DNA of 64,000 bases from Albugo candida (taxonomy: Eukaryota): NCBI GenBank assembly GCA_040437565.1, contig JBDOQK010000028.1, positions 186,001 through 250,000 of the forward strand. The letters are read 5' to 3'. A program made the position numbers and the translations under genes. The notes beneath the pieces are model-generated. The model saw nothing but the letters and a program-made list of their open reading frames with translations, was not told the origin of the DNA and ran no database searches. Each line of letters starts with the position of its first letter. Positions within the stretch are counted from its first letter, which is position 1. Positions 34,965-49,700 of the stretch are shown piece after piece.

Positions 34965-36661
34965 TAGCTTCCTCTATTCACTACAGCGCTTCTAAAGCTT
35001 TTGTCCTTATTATATCTTCCATTCAATACTTGATTTCCTTGGTCGTGTCCTGCCGAAGTAGCTAAAGATCGCATTTGAGTCCATTCTGACTGGCACTGAT
35101 TCCTGTCATTCCCATCATTCAGTGCTTGGTATGCTGGTTTAAAATAGCAGCTCAAAAGCTAGTTTCGTGCTTATTTCTCTTCAAGTGAATGATTATATCC
35201 TGCTCTCCATTCCAAATTTGAACACTTTAATCTTTGGTCTACACTCAGCACCTCGGCGCACGTGATCGATGCCTCTCCAAGACATAATCAAGCTTCTCCT
35301 CCTCCACTTTATGACATTGTATCGCTTCTTCGAACGTGATTTTATCCTCCAAATTTTGTAACGCTTGGCCAACAGGTCGCTGATATGAGCGGCGCAAGTC
35401 GTTCTTTCTTCGTCGTCGGTCTTTCTAGCATGTTTTTTTAGCCAAGAATACTCTGCATCTACCATATGGAATTGATGTGCCTAGCCACATTCAACTGCAC
35501 CATTTTATCATCTATCACTTTCAAGCGGCAAGATGACAATATAATGATATCGTTTGTATAAAATGGAGAATTTGGCTATCCAAAGTCCGCAGGTTTTGGA
35601 ATTTGCGGCATTTGATGACAGTATTGTCGAGTATAACAATTTCACTCCTTACTTGTAGTCATACATGTACTTTGTCAGATATTTTTCCTATCTGGGTAGC
35701 TCGATGCAATAGCATAACAGTACTGGACCTAAGAACGCACGCGTCGACGGTGGGTGCACCTTGTCTAAATCCGATCTCGTTGGATACGTTGTTTCGACCA
35801 GATTACGTTCGATAGCTCCGGACCTACGGCTTCTATCCGAAAGACTAGCGCGGCCAATATGTCTTTCCATCTTCTCTTCATCAAGTTCATGGCGCACTTT
35901 TGACCTTACTAATGGAATGATCTCTTTCTTCAGCAAATCGGAGAGCCACACAAGGATGCTGACAAAAACATACAGCGCGGAGGAGGAGGGGGTCATTTCA
36001 TGTGCCAGTCTTGCTTTCAACATCTCAACGAAAAGAACGAGCATTCCGATTTAATCGGCTTCACGAAGAAAAATGTGAGTATAATCAATGCACTTGCCAA
36101 CGTGGAAATATGCTACGATTTCCTGACGTCGAAGTTCTGAGATTTGGAGATTCAACTACGGGTTAGTCTCACGCAACACATGGAGCAATCGATGACGTTA
36201 AATTATGAATTGAAGACACATGGACAAGACGAGAAGTTCCGGTGACTAATGGAGGTAAATGATTAGTCTGAGTAAGGTACCGTCGAAGCAGAATCGAGAG
36301 ACTACTTGATAGAGGTCTGCATAGAGGAAGTCAAATATCGACATGGGCGACCTGGAAACAGCGCGAGAATTCGGTTCCCAGCAGCAACGTAGGGTGGCTC
36401 ACGATCCACCAGTGCAACATTGAAAAAGGAACTTTGTAAAGCTGCTCCAAACCGCATGCCGTAGCTCTTTGTCCGACAAAGTCAGGATCAGTAGTTTTGC
36501 ACAATAATTTAATTCCACCGGTACTTTTGCTAGTTAGTGTAGTCAGTGCTTCAACACTGGAGGGGAAAGAATTGCGATGGTGGCAGAGCATGCATATGAG
36601 ATAGTGCGTTTATCGGTGAATGGTATAAATAATATAATATAAACCCAATTGTTCGCTTCAT
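34965..36661 (-). pseudogene. Probable decayed gene, possibly a secreted effector remnant
   Basis: ATG at 36661 gives MKRTIGFILYYLYHSPINALS (signal-peptide-like), followed by stops and frameshifts. Broken same-strand ORFs at 36591-36331, 36044-35688, 35465-35193 and 35155-34964. Confidence 0.38.
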
Positions 36662-36701
36662 ACTCGACTTCCATGCGATTGAGAATACTTTCGCTCATTA
36701 T

Positions 36702-37152
36702 TCAAGACGTACGATCAATATTACAGTCATGATACTTAAGCTCACCAGCAGGCCGAATACCCATAGCAATTTCTGAGTAAAAGCGCCGATCATTCCCGCA
36801 GCAGTAATTCCAATTCTCAGGCTGATATTCCAGGCCATTCTGGAAAAAGTATCGGCTCTCGATTTGCTGGAAAAAATCATTGTGACGAATTCAGAATTGT
36901 ATCAAGATTTCACGACTTACCACACCGTTTAGCCAGACTCCCTCCATTCTCCCGTCTGCGAGGTGAAGCGTACCAGTACCGTGGAATTGCCCATTATGAA
37001 ATTCTCCATCGTAATAGATACCATCTTCCAGTTCAAGCCGCCCATATCCCGAATAGCGTTCAAAGGATTTGTCACCTACAAACTGACCGATACTGTGAGA
37101 TCTGCGATGCAAAGCAGAGAACAATCGTCACCTTTTGGTCTAAATAGTCCAT
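36702..37152 (-). CDS. MORN5: MORN repeat-containing protein 5-like, 3 exons
   Basis: MDYLDQK|FVGDK..YYDGEFHNGQFHGTGTL..GVWLNG|..NGLEY..NWNYC..DRRFYSEIAMGIRPAG, the MORN5-type C-terminal block. Confidence 0.8.
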
Positions 37153-37499
37153 TTGATATAATTTCCTCACACAGCAAGAAAATGTTGGAGAAAATCAAAA
37201 TGTGAGATATTAGCTTCCAGATGTGAATGTCTATCGACGTCGAAAGGCTATTTTAAATGAGAATAAGACACAAGTTGGTTGGATAAGATGAGACTTACGT
37301 TCATCGTTAAGGTTGAGTTTATACATTGGCAAGCACAGATGTGGGATCGAGTCCATTAGAAGCAGAAAAAAGCAAAGAATGAAAAGAAATTTTTACAGTT
37401 GAAGAAATCTCATGACAGACGCATTTTTCTAAAAATATGAGGCAATCTTCCATCCAACGCGTTGGGTCTGCTACCGTTCGAGGTTTTGATGTAAATTCC

Positions 37500-40338
37500 C
37501 TACGTCTCTTTGGGAATATGAAAGCCAAAAACAGCCAGAATGAGACCATACCCAATGGTTACAATGAGGAAGACAGTAATCAGTGAGAAAAATATCCCAA
37601 CACGAAGAAAGTCTTGGACTTTGAGATATGGCTGGCCATGGTCGTCCAAGACGAGAAGAGAATTAATATTTGGAAACGAAGAGAACGGCAATGCCATTGC
37701 TGTCACAAAAGACGTTAGATGAGGAATTATATCGTATCGTGACATACCAGCAGAAATTGCCAAAGCACAACAAATTACAGGAATGTGCGGATGTCCGACT
37801 TCCACGCTTATTTGGACGATGATTGGCAGCATGATTATCGACGCAACGGTGTGCGAAACGAACGTTGTCAAAGAAAGAACCACAAGGCTCAGCGATAATG
37901 ATACCAACCATACGCTATTGTTTGGTAGCGACTGAATCAGCGAGTGACTTAACGTGTCCAAAAGTCCCGATTGTTGTACAGCCTACATCATTCACTACGC
38001 ATCAGTTTCACTTCCATAAAAAGCCTGTTCTCATTACATCGCCCAAGACGTTGCCTCCTCCTATTAGGAACAAAATATGCCATGAAAACGAGTTGAAATC
38101 AAACTGGCTCAGTATCCCCGTGCCAAACATGACAAACTATGTACGCAATCAAGCGCTGAGTAATACTCCAGCATATATAATTTGGGAAGTATACCATAAA
38201 GATCAGTGAAATGATTCCAAGGTCTCCAAAAGTTGGGCTGGTGAATGTAAACGTTGCCCAGAGAAGGATTGTGAGCAGAGTCAGTGCAATGACCGTAACA
38301 TGGACTCGACTGATATGCTGTTTTTGATCATAAACAATCTGTGGGATGCATTTGGCATCCTTTGGATCAAAAACCCAGAGCAAAAACGCCCAGCACTGTT
38401 TTGAATATGTCAGACAATTGCTAATTTACAATACAAATCACCGACCAAAATTGTTGTGAAGGTGCAAAAGGGTACTGCCATTGCCATCCATTGACCAAAA
38501 GAAATGCTATACCCGGCTTTTTCCAAGTATGAGACTGCAAGTGTGTTTTGCAAGGAAGAAATTGGGGTCATCATGCCGCCCAGGTTACAAGCGAAGGCCA
38601 AGCCGACAAGCAGTGTTTTCACATAAGCACTGCTGGTCGGAAAGTCTCTGATAATGGGCAAGAGAACCTAAATCAACAGCTTATGGTTCAAATATTCTAG
38701 AGAGGAGAGCTGAAGACGCACAGAAACACACAAGACTGGGGCTGTATGGTTACTGATCCACATTGACAGAAATAAGCCCATGAGCATGATCGCCAAGAGA
38801 AATAGATTGGGTCGTTTTTTGAATCGCCTCTGCAGTGCTGCCGCAATATAAAGCTCAATCTGGCATTTTCCGAAAGCCGCCGATATTGAATATCTAGGAA
38901 GACAACTCATGCTTATTGCAAGAAGACAAAAACTTCACAATTGCTGCTGACCCGCCCATGATCAATATCGTTGTGTGGTTCACAAGGAGTGACATGACCT
39001 TCTTGGCAGCTTTCTCTGATGGAAAGAGCGATTTATGAAACTGAGACGCCAAAGACTTTGATCGCTTACTTGCTGGTAGGGCGTTATCAGGGTTAGACTT
39101 ATCTCCGAGGATCTGAAGAAACACAACCAATGGAGGTACGAGAAGAGCTGTTGCAAAGTATGGAATTGCCTCTGTGATCCATAGTAACGTGATGAACACA
39201 AGCATTGCCAGACAACGCTGCTGAGCGTCATGACCTATTCATACATCATCGATATAACTGCGTGGAATATTCCGAGGCAATGGCGTACCCTGAGGCGTAA
39301 TTCGTACGAGTAAGAGAAGAATGAAAACCGCAATAGAGAAAGCAAATGGAATCAATTTGACCTGCATAAAGAGGTAAAGTCAATAGGGCTTTCACAAAAG
39401 ATAGATATTGCATGGGCTTACTTTTCGTAAGAGTGCGTGATGATCACTATGTTCACGTCTGCTTCTTCTTTCCAAACTACCCGCTTCCAGTTTATCTCTT
39501 CACAGCATGTTATAACGAGTTTCACAGCTAAAATCACGAAAATACTTGGAAGTGAGCAAGAACACTCTATCCAAAAGGTGGTCGATTTCATTTGAAGCGT
39601 AAAATGACTCCAATTCTAATCTTTTGAGAAAACTGCTCAGTGTCTTCTCCTTAGTGGTCTTGTCAAACTGATCAGAAAGCATGGATAAGAGCGGTAAATG
39701 TTGTGACGTTCGGTGCTTGCCTTCTTGACAATTTTTCTAAATCCAGTGTAGTTTGTCTGCACAAATGTCTTGAGATCCGTCAATGTGTCATACGCATTCT
39801 GTAACGCCGCAAACCCATGCTCTATGGAGCTTCTTGCGTGAACGTGTCCATGCGATTGCTTCTCCTGAGAAATATCTTCCTCAAATGTTTTCACTGTTTT
39901 ACGCAACAAAGCGATCTGTCTGAGATAAAAGTCATTTACGATCTTCAGATTCTCATCCAAAACATTCCAAAAATCATTTTTTGCATCCACCATATCTTCA
40001 TCACTATAATCCCTTTGCAGCGGTAAAGGAGTGTTTTGCGTTCGGATAGATTCCTCTTGTGGTGGGAGCAGAGGCTGTGCTTCGTGGTTCTTTGGTACAA
40101 ATAGATTTTTTCCGAAAATTGGCGATTTGGAGATGATTTTGCCAAGTGTAGCGGCAGGTCCAGCTGAATTCGATGTATCGATTGCCAATGCCGTCGAAGC
40201 TCGCCGCTGTTGCTGCACTACCTTTTTTTCAATTTCAAAAGCGACCCTTTTGATTAATCGTTTAAGCCGCTTGTATTGTACATAACTCTCACGCCATTCT
40301 ACATTCGCATTGTTTTCCAAGACTTTGCCGAATTTCAT
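37500..40338 (-). CDS. SPX-domain phosphate transporter (Pho87/90/91-like, SLC13/DASS family), multi-exon
   Basis: SPX motifs MKFGK..YVQYKRLKR and NYTGFRKIVKK|FDK. Transporter motifs WITEAIP, SMWISNHT, NLGGMMTPISSLQN, TTFVSHTV and MALPFSSFPN. Confidence 0.93.
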
Positions 40339-40394
40339 TGCTTGATCGAATTGCCTGAAAGCTCGGTTATAACGTTACATAACAGCACTTCGTA

Positions 40395-41786
40395 ATGGCA
40401 TTCCGCAGAGAAGTTCCGTCGATGGAGCAGCTAGTTTTAAAGTACATATCCAAGGCAGGAAAAGAAGTGAGCGATATTATTACTGAAGAGACGATTACGA
40501 GGCTACATCGCATAAGCAAGCCGAATAAAATCCGGACAAACAAAGTAAAACAGCAACTCATTCACGCACTTTTGAAAAATGGTCGACTTGGGGACGATAC
40601 CTTGCCGGCTTGCTTCTTTCATGAGAGTATGGCTCAGATAGATTTAAGTGGGGCAAAGATATCGTCTGTTCTCATGGAAAAAGTACGATTAAAGAATCTT
40701 GCTGAGCCAATGACGGATGCGCTTATTTTAGTTTTCGGCTATTTGCTCGAATATCCATGCAGTCAACTTTTCGGGATGTTTTCGTCTCACAGATAACGCG
40801 ATTGAAATTCTGTTGCGTAAATGTCGGGGTAGACAAGCAACTGAAATAAAGTAATTCAACTCGCTGAACTTTTATATGGTAGAGCTGAAGGACGTCAATT
40901 TGGAAAATTGCCGAAAATTATCGGATGCATCACTTGATCTGTTAAGAATTCACGCGAGTAAGCTACAGGTCTGTCCTGGTTCTTCTTTGAATATCTACGA
41001 TCAAATACTAAATATGTATTGTAGTGCATTGATGTCGGTGGTAACTTCAATATGACAATACAAGGAATCACGCGATTCGTCGAAAAGCATCCAAATCGGT
41101 CCAGATTCCATAAGCTTCATATTTCGGGGCACTTTGTGACCGAGCAGTATGTCGATTGCGAGAACATTTCTTGAGCAGCACTGATCATTTATTTGTAGCG
41201 CTCTACGGGTTGTGATGGCCAAGTGCAAGAAGCTTCGTAGTCTGAGTGTGGGTTATTCGTCGTTATCGGATGATGCAATCATCACGTTTCTGACGCATCG
41301 AAAGTCCATCACGCGATTGAGTATCCACTGGAACGGAGCTATTACGTGAGTTTTACATTCTTCATCAGCTCGGTGACTTACAATCAGTATATAGAGACAA
41401 ATTACTTCGGTTTATGGCAATCGGATGTCCCAACTTGGTGGAGCTGAATCTCTGTGGAGTGAAATCAGTCTCATCCAATGTACTTTCATCATTCGTTTTT
41501 CTGTTTCATTATAATCGCGGTGAATGTGGCAGGCCTTACTTGAGATGCTAAAACAAAAAATGAAAGAAGTTCCGGATGCTGACCCTGGAAGAGTATCAGT
41601 AGCCGGAGAAGAAACTCCGCCGCCTCGAAAGAAAATGAAGATGATAGACTTTCGATACACTAGGTTTGGAGCACCAACATTCTTCTCGTCTCTTGCTTAT
41701 TGTAATACTTATGTTTGTGCAGTGTGTCTAAGGAAGCTGCTGCGTTTGTCAAGGAATGTTATCCAGATCTTCAAATTGTGTATTGA
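40395..41786 (+). CDS. Leucine-rich-repeat protein (cysteine-containing LRR, FBXL/AMN1-like), multi-exon
   Basis: Repeats [32 protein letters not shown] and [10 protein letters not shown] in short GT-AG exons. Confidence 0.72.
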
Positions 41787-41792
41787 ACCTGA

Positions 41793-43084
<1,292 letters not shown>

Positions 43085-43145
43085 TCATAGAGTCTGCTTT
43101 CGGAATTATACGAAAACGTACAGTACTACCATTTTAACAAGCAAT

Positions 43146-45324
43146 ATGACGCTTCCAACCGATAATATTGCAACAATTTGTCCAGTCTTTTATCCTTCAC
43201 AAGAGCAGTTTACTTCATTTTCGTCCTATATACGTGAAGAAATAGAGCCTAAATGTTCCCATATTGGGATATGTAAGGTACATAAAAATCCTGCTGATGG
43301 AATGCACTCTATAAAGCGAACATTGTTCCTCTGACTCGAAAAACTTGTCACACACTGCACAATAGATCGTTCCACCAAAGGGCTGGTTCATTAGAAATTA
43401 TGATGACATCGACTACGTGGTGGAGCATCCCGTTTCTCAGCACGTGGCAGGAAAGAAGGGCGTATTTAACATCGATCTGGTCGAGAGAAAGAGTCTAACT
43501 GCGCAGGAATTCAAAGAGATTGCTGCACAGTGTACAGATGGAGAGCCACAGGGTACTCCTCTTCCTATATGGGTAGTAGATCAAAGATTGTAAGCTTCTA
43601 TCATGCAGATTTGTCTAAAATGGATGAGATCGAGAGAGCTTTCTGGAAGAATATGCGGTCTACAATGGATCCTCCAATTTACGGCGCCGACATTGAGGTG
43701 TGTTCAACATCATCAAAGTTCTAGCTGCTACAGATGGCTTATGATACGGCCATTGTAGGGATCACTATTTGACTCTAGTAGTAATTCAACCTGGAATCTC
43801 AACGAATTGAAAACGATTTTGTGTCGGATCGAACTTCCAGGTGTGACGCGATCGATGTTGTATTTTGGCATGTGGCGTGCAATGTTTGCTTTCCACACTG
43901 TAAGCTGTATGACACTTCAGAACGAATTCATAACGCACGGATCCATGTAGGAAGATATGGATCTTTACAGCATCAATTATCTGCATCATGGAAAGCCCAA
44001 GTTTTGGTATTGCATTCCTCCACATGCGGCTTCCACATTTGAGCGTGCAGCGCAGGCTATGTATCCCGAAAAATACCACTCGTGCCATCAGGTATCGGCA
44101 TTAGATCTCTCTTGAAGCTGCATTAACGCACGTGGTGTAGTTTCTTCGCCACAAAAACTCGATGATCTCCCCGAATCAACTTAAAGCATTTGGAATTCCA
44201 GTTTACAAAGTACGAAACACCGGAAGCTTTTTGAACTTGCGGGGTGAACAATGTCATTATATCTCAGCTGTCTAGACATTGCAGTTGGAGGGAGAATTTG
44301 TGATCACCTTCCCGACAGCGTACCATTCCGGCTTCAATCTCGGTATGATCAAAATCAACACTTTCGATGCCTTTGTTTAGCGAGCATGACTTGAAGGATT
44401 CAATATTGCTGAAGCTGTTAATTTCGCTACTTTGCGTTGGATACCCTTTGGACTTCGAGCACGAGTATGATGTGGCTTTGATTCATTTGTATCGGCCAGC
44501 TGACTTTGTCCTTCGCAGGTTTGCAAGTGTAGCCCCGAAAGTGTCCGCATTGACATGGACGATTTCCTCACCAGTTTATTTAGCTCTGAAATAGCAAAGT
44601 CTGATGATATACCCGACGATGCTTGGGTATTCAGCTGTCAGTGCAAGATGTATTCAAGTAGCGAGGACCCATCATTTTGTGTCGATGTAATGCGTCATCT
44701 CAGCTTCTTCTTGGTGCTTACCACGTACACTTTTGCTTAGCGGGAGTGGTTTGAATGCTCAAAGTGTAAGATATGGTGTCACGTACACTGTATCCATCCT
44801 GATCAAGCTGCCAAACAGGTTTTTAGGCGAATTCCTCGATTAAAACGCTGACTAGTCGTCTGCAGGATTCTGAGCTTCCAGAAGCCATCCTTTGCCATCG
44901 TTGTCAGCTGAACGAGAATTGTAGTACAAACATTGGTTCCAAACGAAAAATTACACAAAAACGGAAAGTGAAAAATCCCTCGTCACAAACTCTTCGAACA
45001 TCCGATCAGGCGCGTAGAATCAAAAGTCTGATGAAATTGACGAAAGGGATCGATGTGTATGTCGATGGATACGAGGTTCGCTTTCCTTTCTTTTCTCTAC
45101 AAAGTCTCTTATCGTTGACTTACAAACATCTAGGCTCGTGTCACTGCAATTGAAGGAAAGTATGCACGAGTTCACTATAAGGTTTGTCACAAACATTGCT
45201 TGGCTCGCATCAACATCTCATTTGCGTACGTTTGAAACAGGGATATAGTGTAGATTGTGATGAATGGCTACCGCGAACTGGTCAGGAGTTAGCGAAGCGG
45301 AATTTGACCTTTTTAGGACACTAA
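43146..45324 (+). CDS. KDM4/JMJD2-like histone demethylase (JmjN-JmjC-PHD-Tudor/chromo-barrel-like), intron-rich
   Basis: JmjN CPVFYPS..GICK|IVPP. Jmj[55 protein letters not shown]-like [16 protein letters not shown]-terminal [13 protein letters not shown]. Confidence 0.9.
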
Positions 45325-45603
45325 TGGCAATAAAAGTGAGAACACTCTTGCGCGCAAATGCAAAAATAAAAGTAAAACCGGTTTTCTCGATTTGCTTTTA
45401 CGAAGTCAGTGTAACAAATATTGCAATTTCCATACGGTGAAGGAAGCCTGTCGCCATCCCGCACAGTAACCCGGACAGAATAAGGAGAATAATCAAATTC
45501 GAATCAGCGAAAAGAGCGAACTAGCTCTTGTTCGTGTGGGTTTCTTCAGTCCATTCCCACACAATTACAGTCTCTTATCAGCAGACGTCCGATCGAATAA
45601 ATA

Positions 45604-46602
45604 ATGACCACAACGGTAAATACTATGACTGATATCTCGAACGGAGTTTCGCCTCCTTCAGACACGGCTATACACTCGCCGTTCGACTTTCGTGAGAGCG
45701 ATGACTCATCCAAAAGACTCGATGGACGACGCAGTAGCGAAACATTATCTACCACTTCTCGACGTCAATCAGAGAGAGCGCTAGCAGAGGCTACAGACAA
45801 ACTAAATCGAGCGCAGAATGAGTTGACAGAGTACAAAATTCAGCACTTAAAAGCGATGGAACAGAAACAAAAGTTGGAAGAGGAAAATGAACATTTACGA
45901 CAGAGTATTTTATCGCAAGCTTTAGAGAATGCCAGTCTTGAGGTACGACGTGAGCATTTGCAGCTCAAACAAACACTGGAATCGTACCAGAGTAAAATCG
46001 AGCAATTGCGTGAAATATCGCTTATTACTGCCAAAGTGGTTGACAGGTATAGTACAAATGAGTTTACTTTCGTGATTATTGACTAAAGTATGGGAATGTA
46101 GCCGCATCAAGACCAAGCAAGGACGTCAATACGTGGAATACAAACTACAAATCGAGACAGATATTCGTGGAACGCTAGTTCTATGGCATCGTTATAGTAC
46201 TTTCTTGTAAGTGTTTACTGAGCTAGTGGTGATACAAATTGGTGATCGTCTCGTGGTAGGAATCTCGCAGCTACACTGAAAGCAAAAAATCCGAATAGCG
46301 ACTGCCATATTCCAGAATTGCAGACTCAATCATTGACAGGTTTTTTCTCGGATCAGCTGGTCTTGGACCGAATTGCCAAATTGAATGAGTTTTTAGACGT
46401 GGTAACCAAGACTGATGATTTCCAGTGGGGAATTCGTATAGATAAAGATACCTGTGTTTACAAACGAAAGAATCGACGTTCCAGTGATGCAACCGTACGA
46501 GAAAGCATCTCAACTTTATCTCCCCATTTCGGTCGTGATAGCATGTATAGTGACGGACTTGCGCGAGCCTCGAGTTTCTCGTCTATTACTGAACCGATGT
46601 GA
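45604..46602 (+). CDS. Coiled-coil plus PX-domain protein, multi-exon
   Basis: Coiled coil, then YVEYKL..WHRYSTF..IPEL..LDRIAKLNEFL, the PX signature. Confidence 0.75.
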
Positions 46603-46739
46603 ATCCAATAACTAAATCAGAGTGTGCGATTAGTAGCTTCAACAAACCTCTAATTTAATTCTGAAATGAGATGTTGTGGAGAAATATGGTCAAGAGTCAA
46701 GACTCATTATTTGCCTTTCTTGTGGTCGGATTATCGCGA

Positions 46740-49700
46740 TCACACATCTAGATTGAGCATAAGTGCTGCTCCTCGCATTGTCCAAAAGTCCGGGGACTTG
46801 AGCGTTGGTAAAAAGACTGTCACCACGTAGTTTGTCGAAATCCCGGTGGTTGATAGAGTTCCTTGTCGGGAAGAGGTCTTGTAGACTGGACATGGGTAGT
46901 CTTGAGGCGAGCGAACTGAATTGATTGCAGGCAGAAAGTGGATCGCTGTCATAGGAGAAAACATCTCACCAGCCTGGGCATCCTCAACTCGTTGATCTTC
47001 AGTCGACCATCTGGCACCTTCCAGCCATAAACCACTGATGTATACTCCGTCCTCGGGGGATGCTGATGCCGTATTGTAATCTTCTGAAAAGCCAAAAGTG
47101 AACGACAACGAATCGATCGCAACTTGATATTTTCGCGCAAAATTCTGTAAGACGCCAGTCATGAATCCCTGAGGGAAGAAAAATGCACCGAATTCAAAGA
47201 CATTAGGCTCTCCATATCTGAGCCAGTTTCGAAAGAACCCCACTCGTGCAAGAAGATCCTGTACCCATGATCCCAAAGGCTTGAGCGAAGCAAAGCTCAG
47301 AACAGCCCAAATTGGAGGTACTTTGCTGTTTAACAGCGCTGTGTACATGTGATCCAAGTCCGAGGACATCACACTAAGGCCGTTTATAGCGCGCTGAAGC
47401 TCGATCAATGAGCTGCTCATACACTGCAAAAGAGCATTGAACTTGACAATCTCTTGACTCAAGACAGTCGCAATCGAGTCCATTACCAAAATGTCTCCAA
47501 TTTGGCGCGTTTTAAATGTCGTCGGACCTGCTTCTTCATGACTTAGCACATCGGGAAGATTCGTTTGAATATTTTGTGCTATTTCCAACACCTTTTTATC
47601 GTTCGAGATCCCCAGACTACCGACAGTATCGCGAGGCTCCAAGCTCAACATAACACGAATCATTGTGATACTTTCGTTTCGCTCGTACGAGATAATAGCG
47701 TTCTCATTCATACCAAATAGCTCAGGGTCATCAATGATCGGTAGGTCGTTCAGATACTGCAGGATACTGCCATATTCGAGCGATTCCGGGACCCGATACC
47801 TTCCAGATGCGCAAAAGAGATGTATATCGTCAGCCACGATACTAGGATCGTAAAATCTGCTCAAAATACTCATCAGGCATCGCCGATCCCAGTCATCCGT
47901 CACGCGTCCACCATAATTGATCTGTCCGGTTACATATCGCAATGCGTCCCACGGAATTTGAGAATTCTCATGTAGAAAGCGTTTTAACGACGAAATAGAT
48001 GTTTCGAGGTCAGCATCATTGAACTCATACTTGATATTCCATCCAAGAGCCCCAAATTTTCTCCTTTCTTGCACAACCGCATGGAAAATCGACAAAGAGA
48101 TCAAGAGCTTACGCCATACTCCATCCTTTGACATTTCACTCTCAAAGCACCCCGTCATGCTCATAGAACTCAACGTATCAGGACTGATCAGCGCTGTGAA
48201 AGAACGCACCATATTTGCTCGTATCCCCTTTGGTGGCTCATTTGTAAGCTTGATTCCATTCTGGAGTACAGTGACCGGAAAATAAGCGACCGGAAAACTC
48301 GTGAGGAAAAGTCGAAAATTGGGATCACTTGGCGTTTGGGCACTTGACATGTCATTGACAATTGCCTCGAGCTTTGACATCCAAGATTTGGCGAGGTGAC
48401 AATTTTGTAAGAGGACCCATTCACCTGTGCTCCGACTCGTTTCAATGAGCTTTTCAGCACGTGGGCCTTGACCTTGACCGAGCGAGACCAGATTCAATCG
48501 ATCAATGTAGTTTTTCTGCTTTGCAAAGCGTAGCAACATTCCAGTAGGATCAGCACCTGCTGACAATATGAAAATGCAAGGAGTTTGATTATCGGTGTCG
48601 TCATATATCTCTTCCATCGAGTCTGAAGTTGACCTGATGAATTCTTCCCCCATTTCAGTACTGATCATTTTCCATAACATTGTCAGAACTCTCTCTTCTG
48701 CGATCGCTTTCAGCAATAGAACTTTCTGGAAAGAATTCAATCCCTGTTCAAATTTCTCCTCCGGGCATGGTGTGATTGAGAAATCAGCACTTTGGACCCA
48801 TGATAGCCAATCTGACCATTTGGTCATCACGCTATGTAGAATCCCTTCAAACGGTCGAGCAATCTTCCCTTCATTTTTTCCTGATGTCTCTAGACTATCC
48901 AGCTCAAGAAGAAGATCCCACTGAGAAGCCGATAGTTTTTCCGGGGCCGGATTGGAAAACCCGCTTGCTTGTATATTTGAATCCTCATCATGTTTATTGG
49001 AAGTAGAACCCCGAAGGAACAAAGCCCACTCTCGCGGTGATATGAGGCCGGAATGCAGCATGATCTTGGTGCATATCAATATGGAGAATAGAATTTTATG
49101 GGCCTCAAAAAGCCCTCTACAGATATTCAAATATATGTAATGAGTCTGTAATTGAATGAGATGTTCGAGACGCTGACTCAGGTTATCGGTGGGCGTTTTC
49201 TGATTGAGACAGTAGTTAAACAATCGCTGAAAGTATGGGAGAGAGTACTGATACATAGGATCGATCACTGACAGTTGAGCAACCACGAAATAGATGATTG
49301 TCCCACGTGTTGCTACCACACGATACTGCTCTCTTGCACGATTGATCTCAATTTCTGTAGCCTCCGAATCTGTGACACGTTCTTTGATGATATTTGAAGT
49401 CGTGTTTGATGACTGCAACGTGTCGATCAAATCCTGATCATCCAAGACATTTCCCGATGATTCGGAAAGCTTTTTCAAAATACGGTCTTCGATTTCTTCT
49501 AGTTGCTTTGTATCTTGAGCCATTGACGCAATCAAAGTATTTTTCTTCTCTTCAATATCGAGTCGTTCGCTTCTCACCACATCACCGAGAAGCTGATCTT
49601 CTAATCCATCCATCGTGACCGTAAAGTTGATGATCGTTACTTTGATGTAGACTTCCGGCGAGTAGTGAGGATTTGATAGTTTCGTGGTAAGGATCATTCG

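Noticed and set aside
35193..35600. Nucleosome assembly protein-like fragment (SPFYTNDII, VIKW)
   Set aside because: Only a few residues match, no other NAP motifs are present, and the frame is broken.
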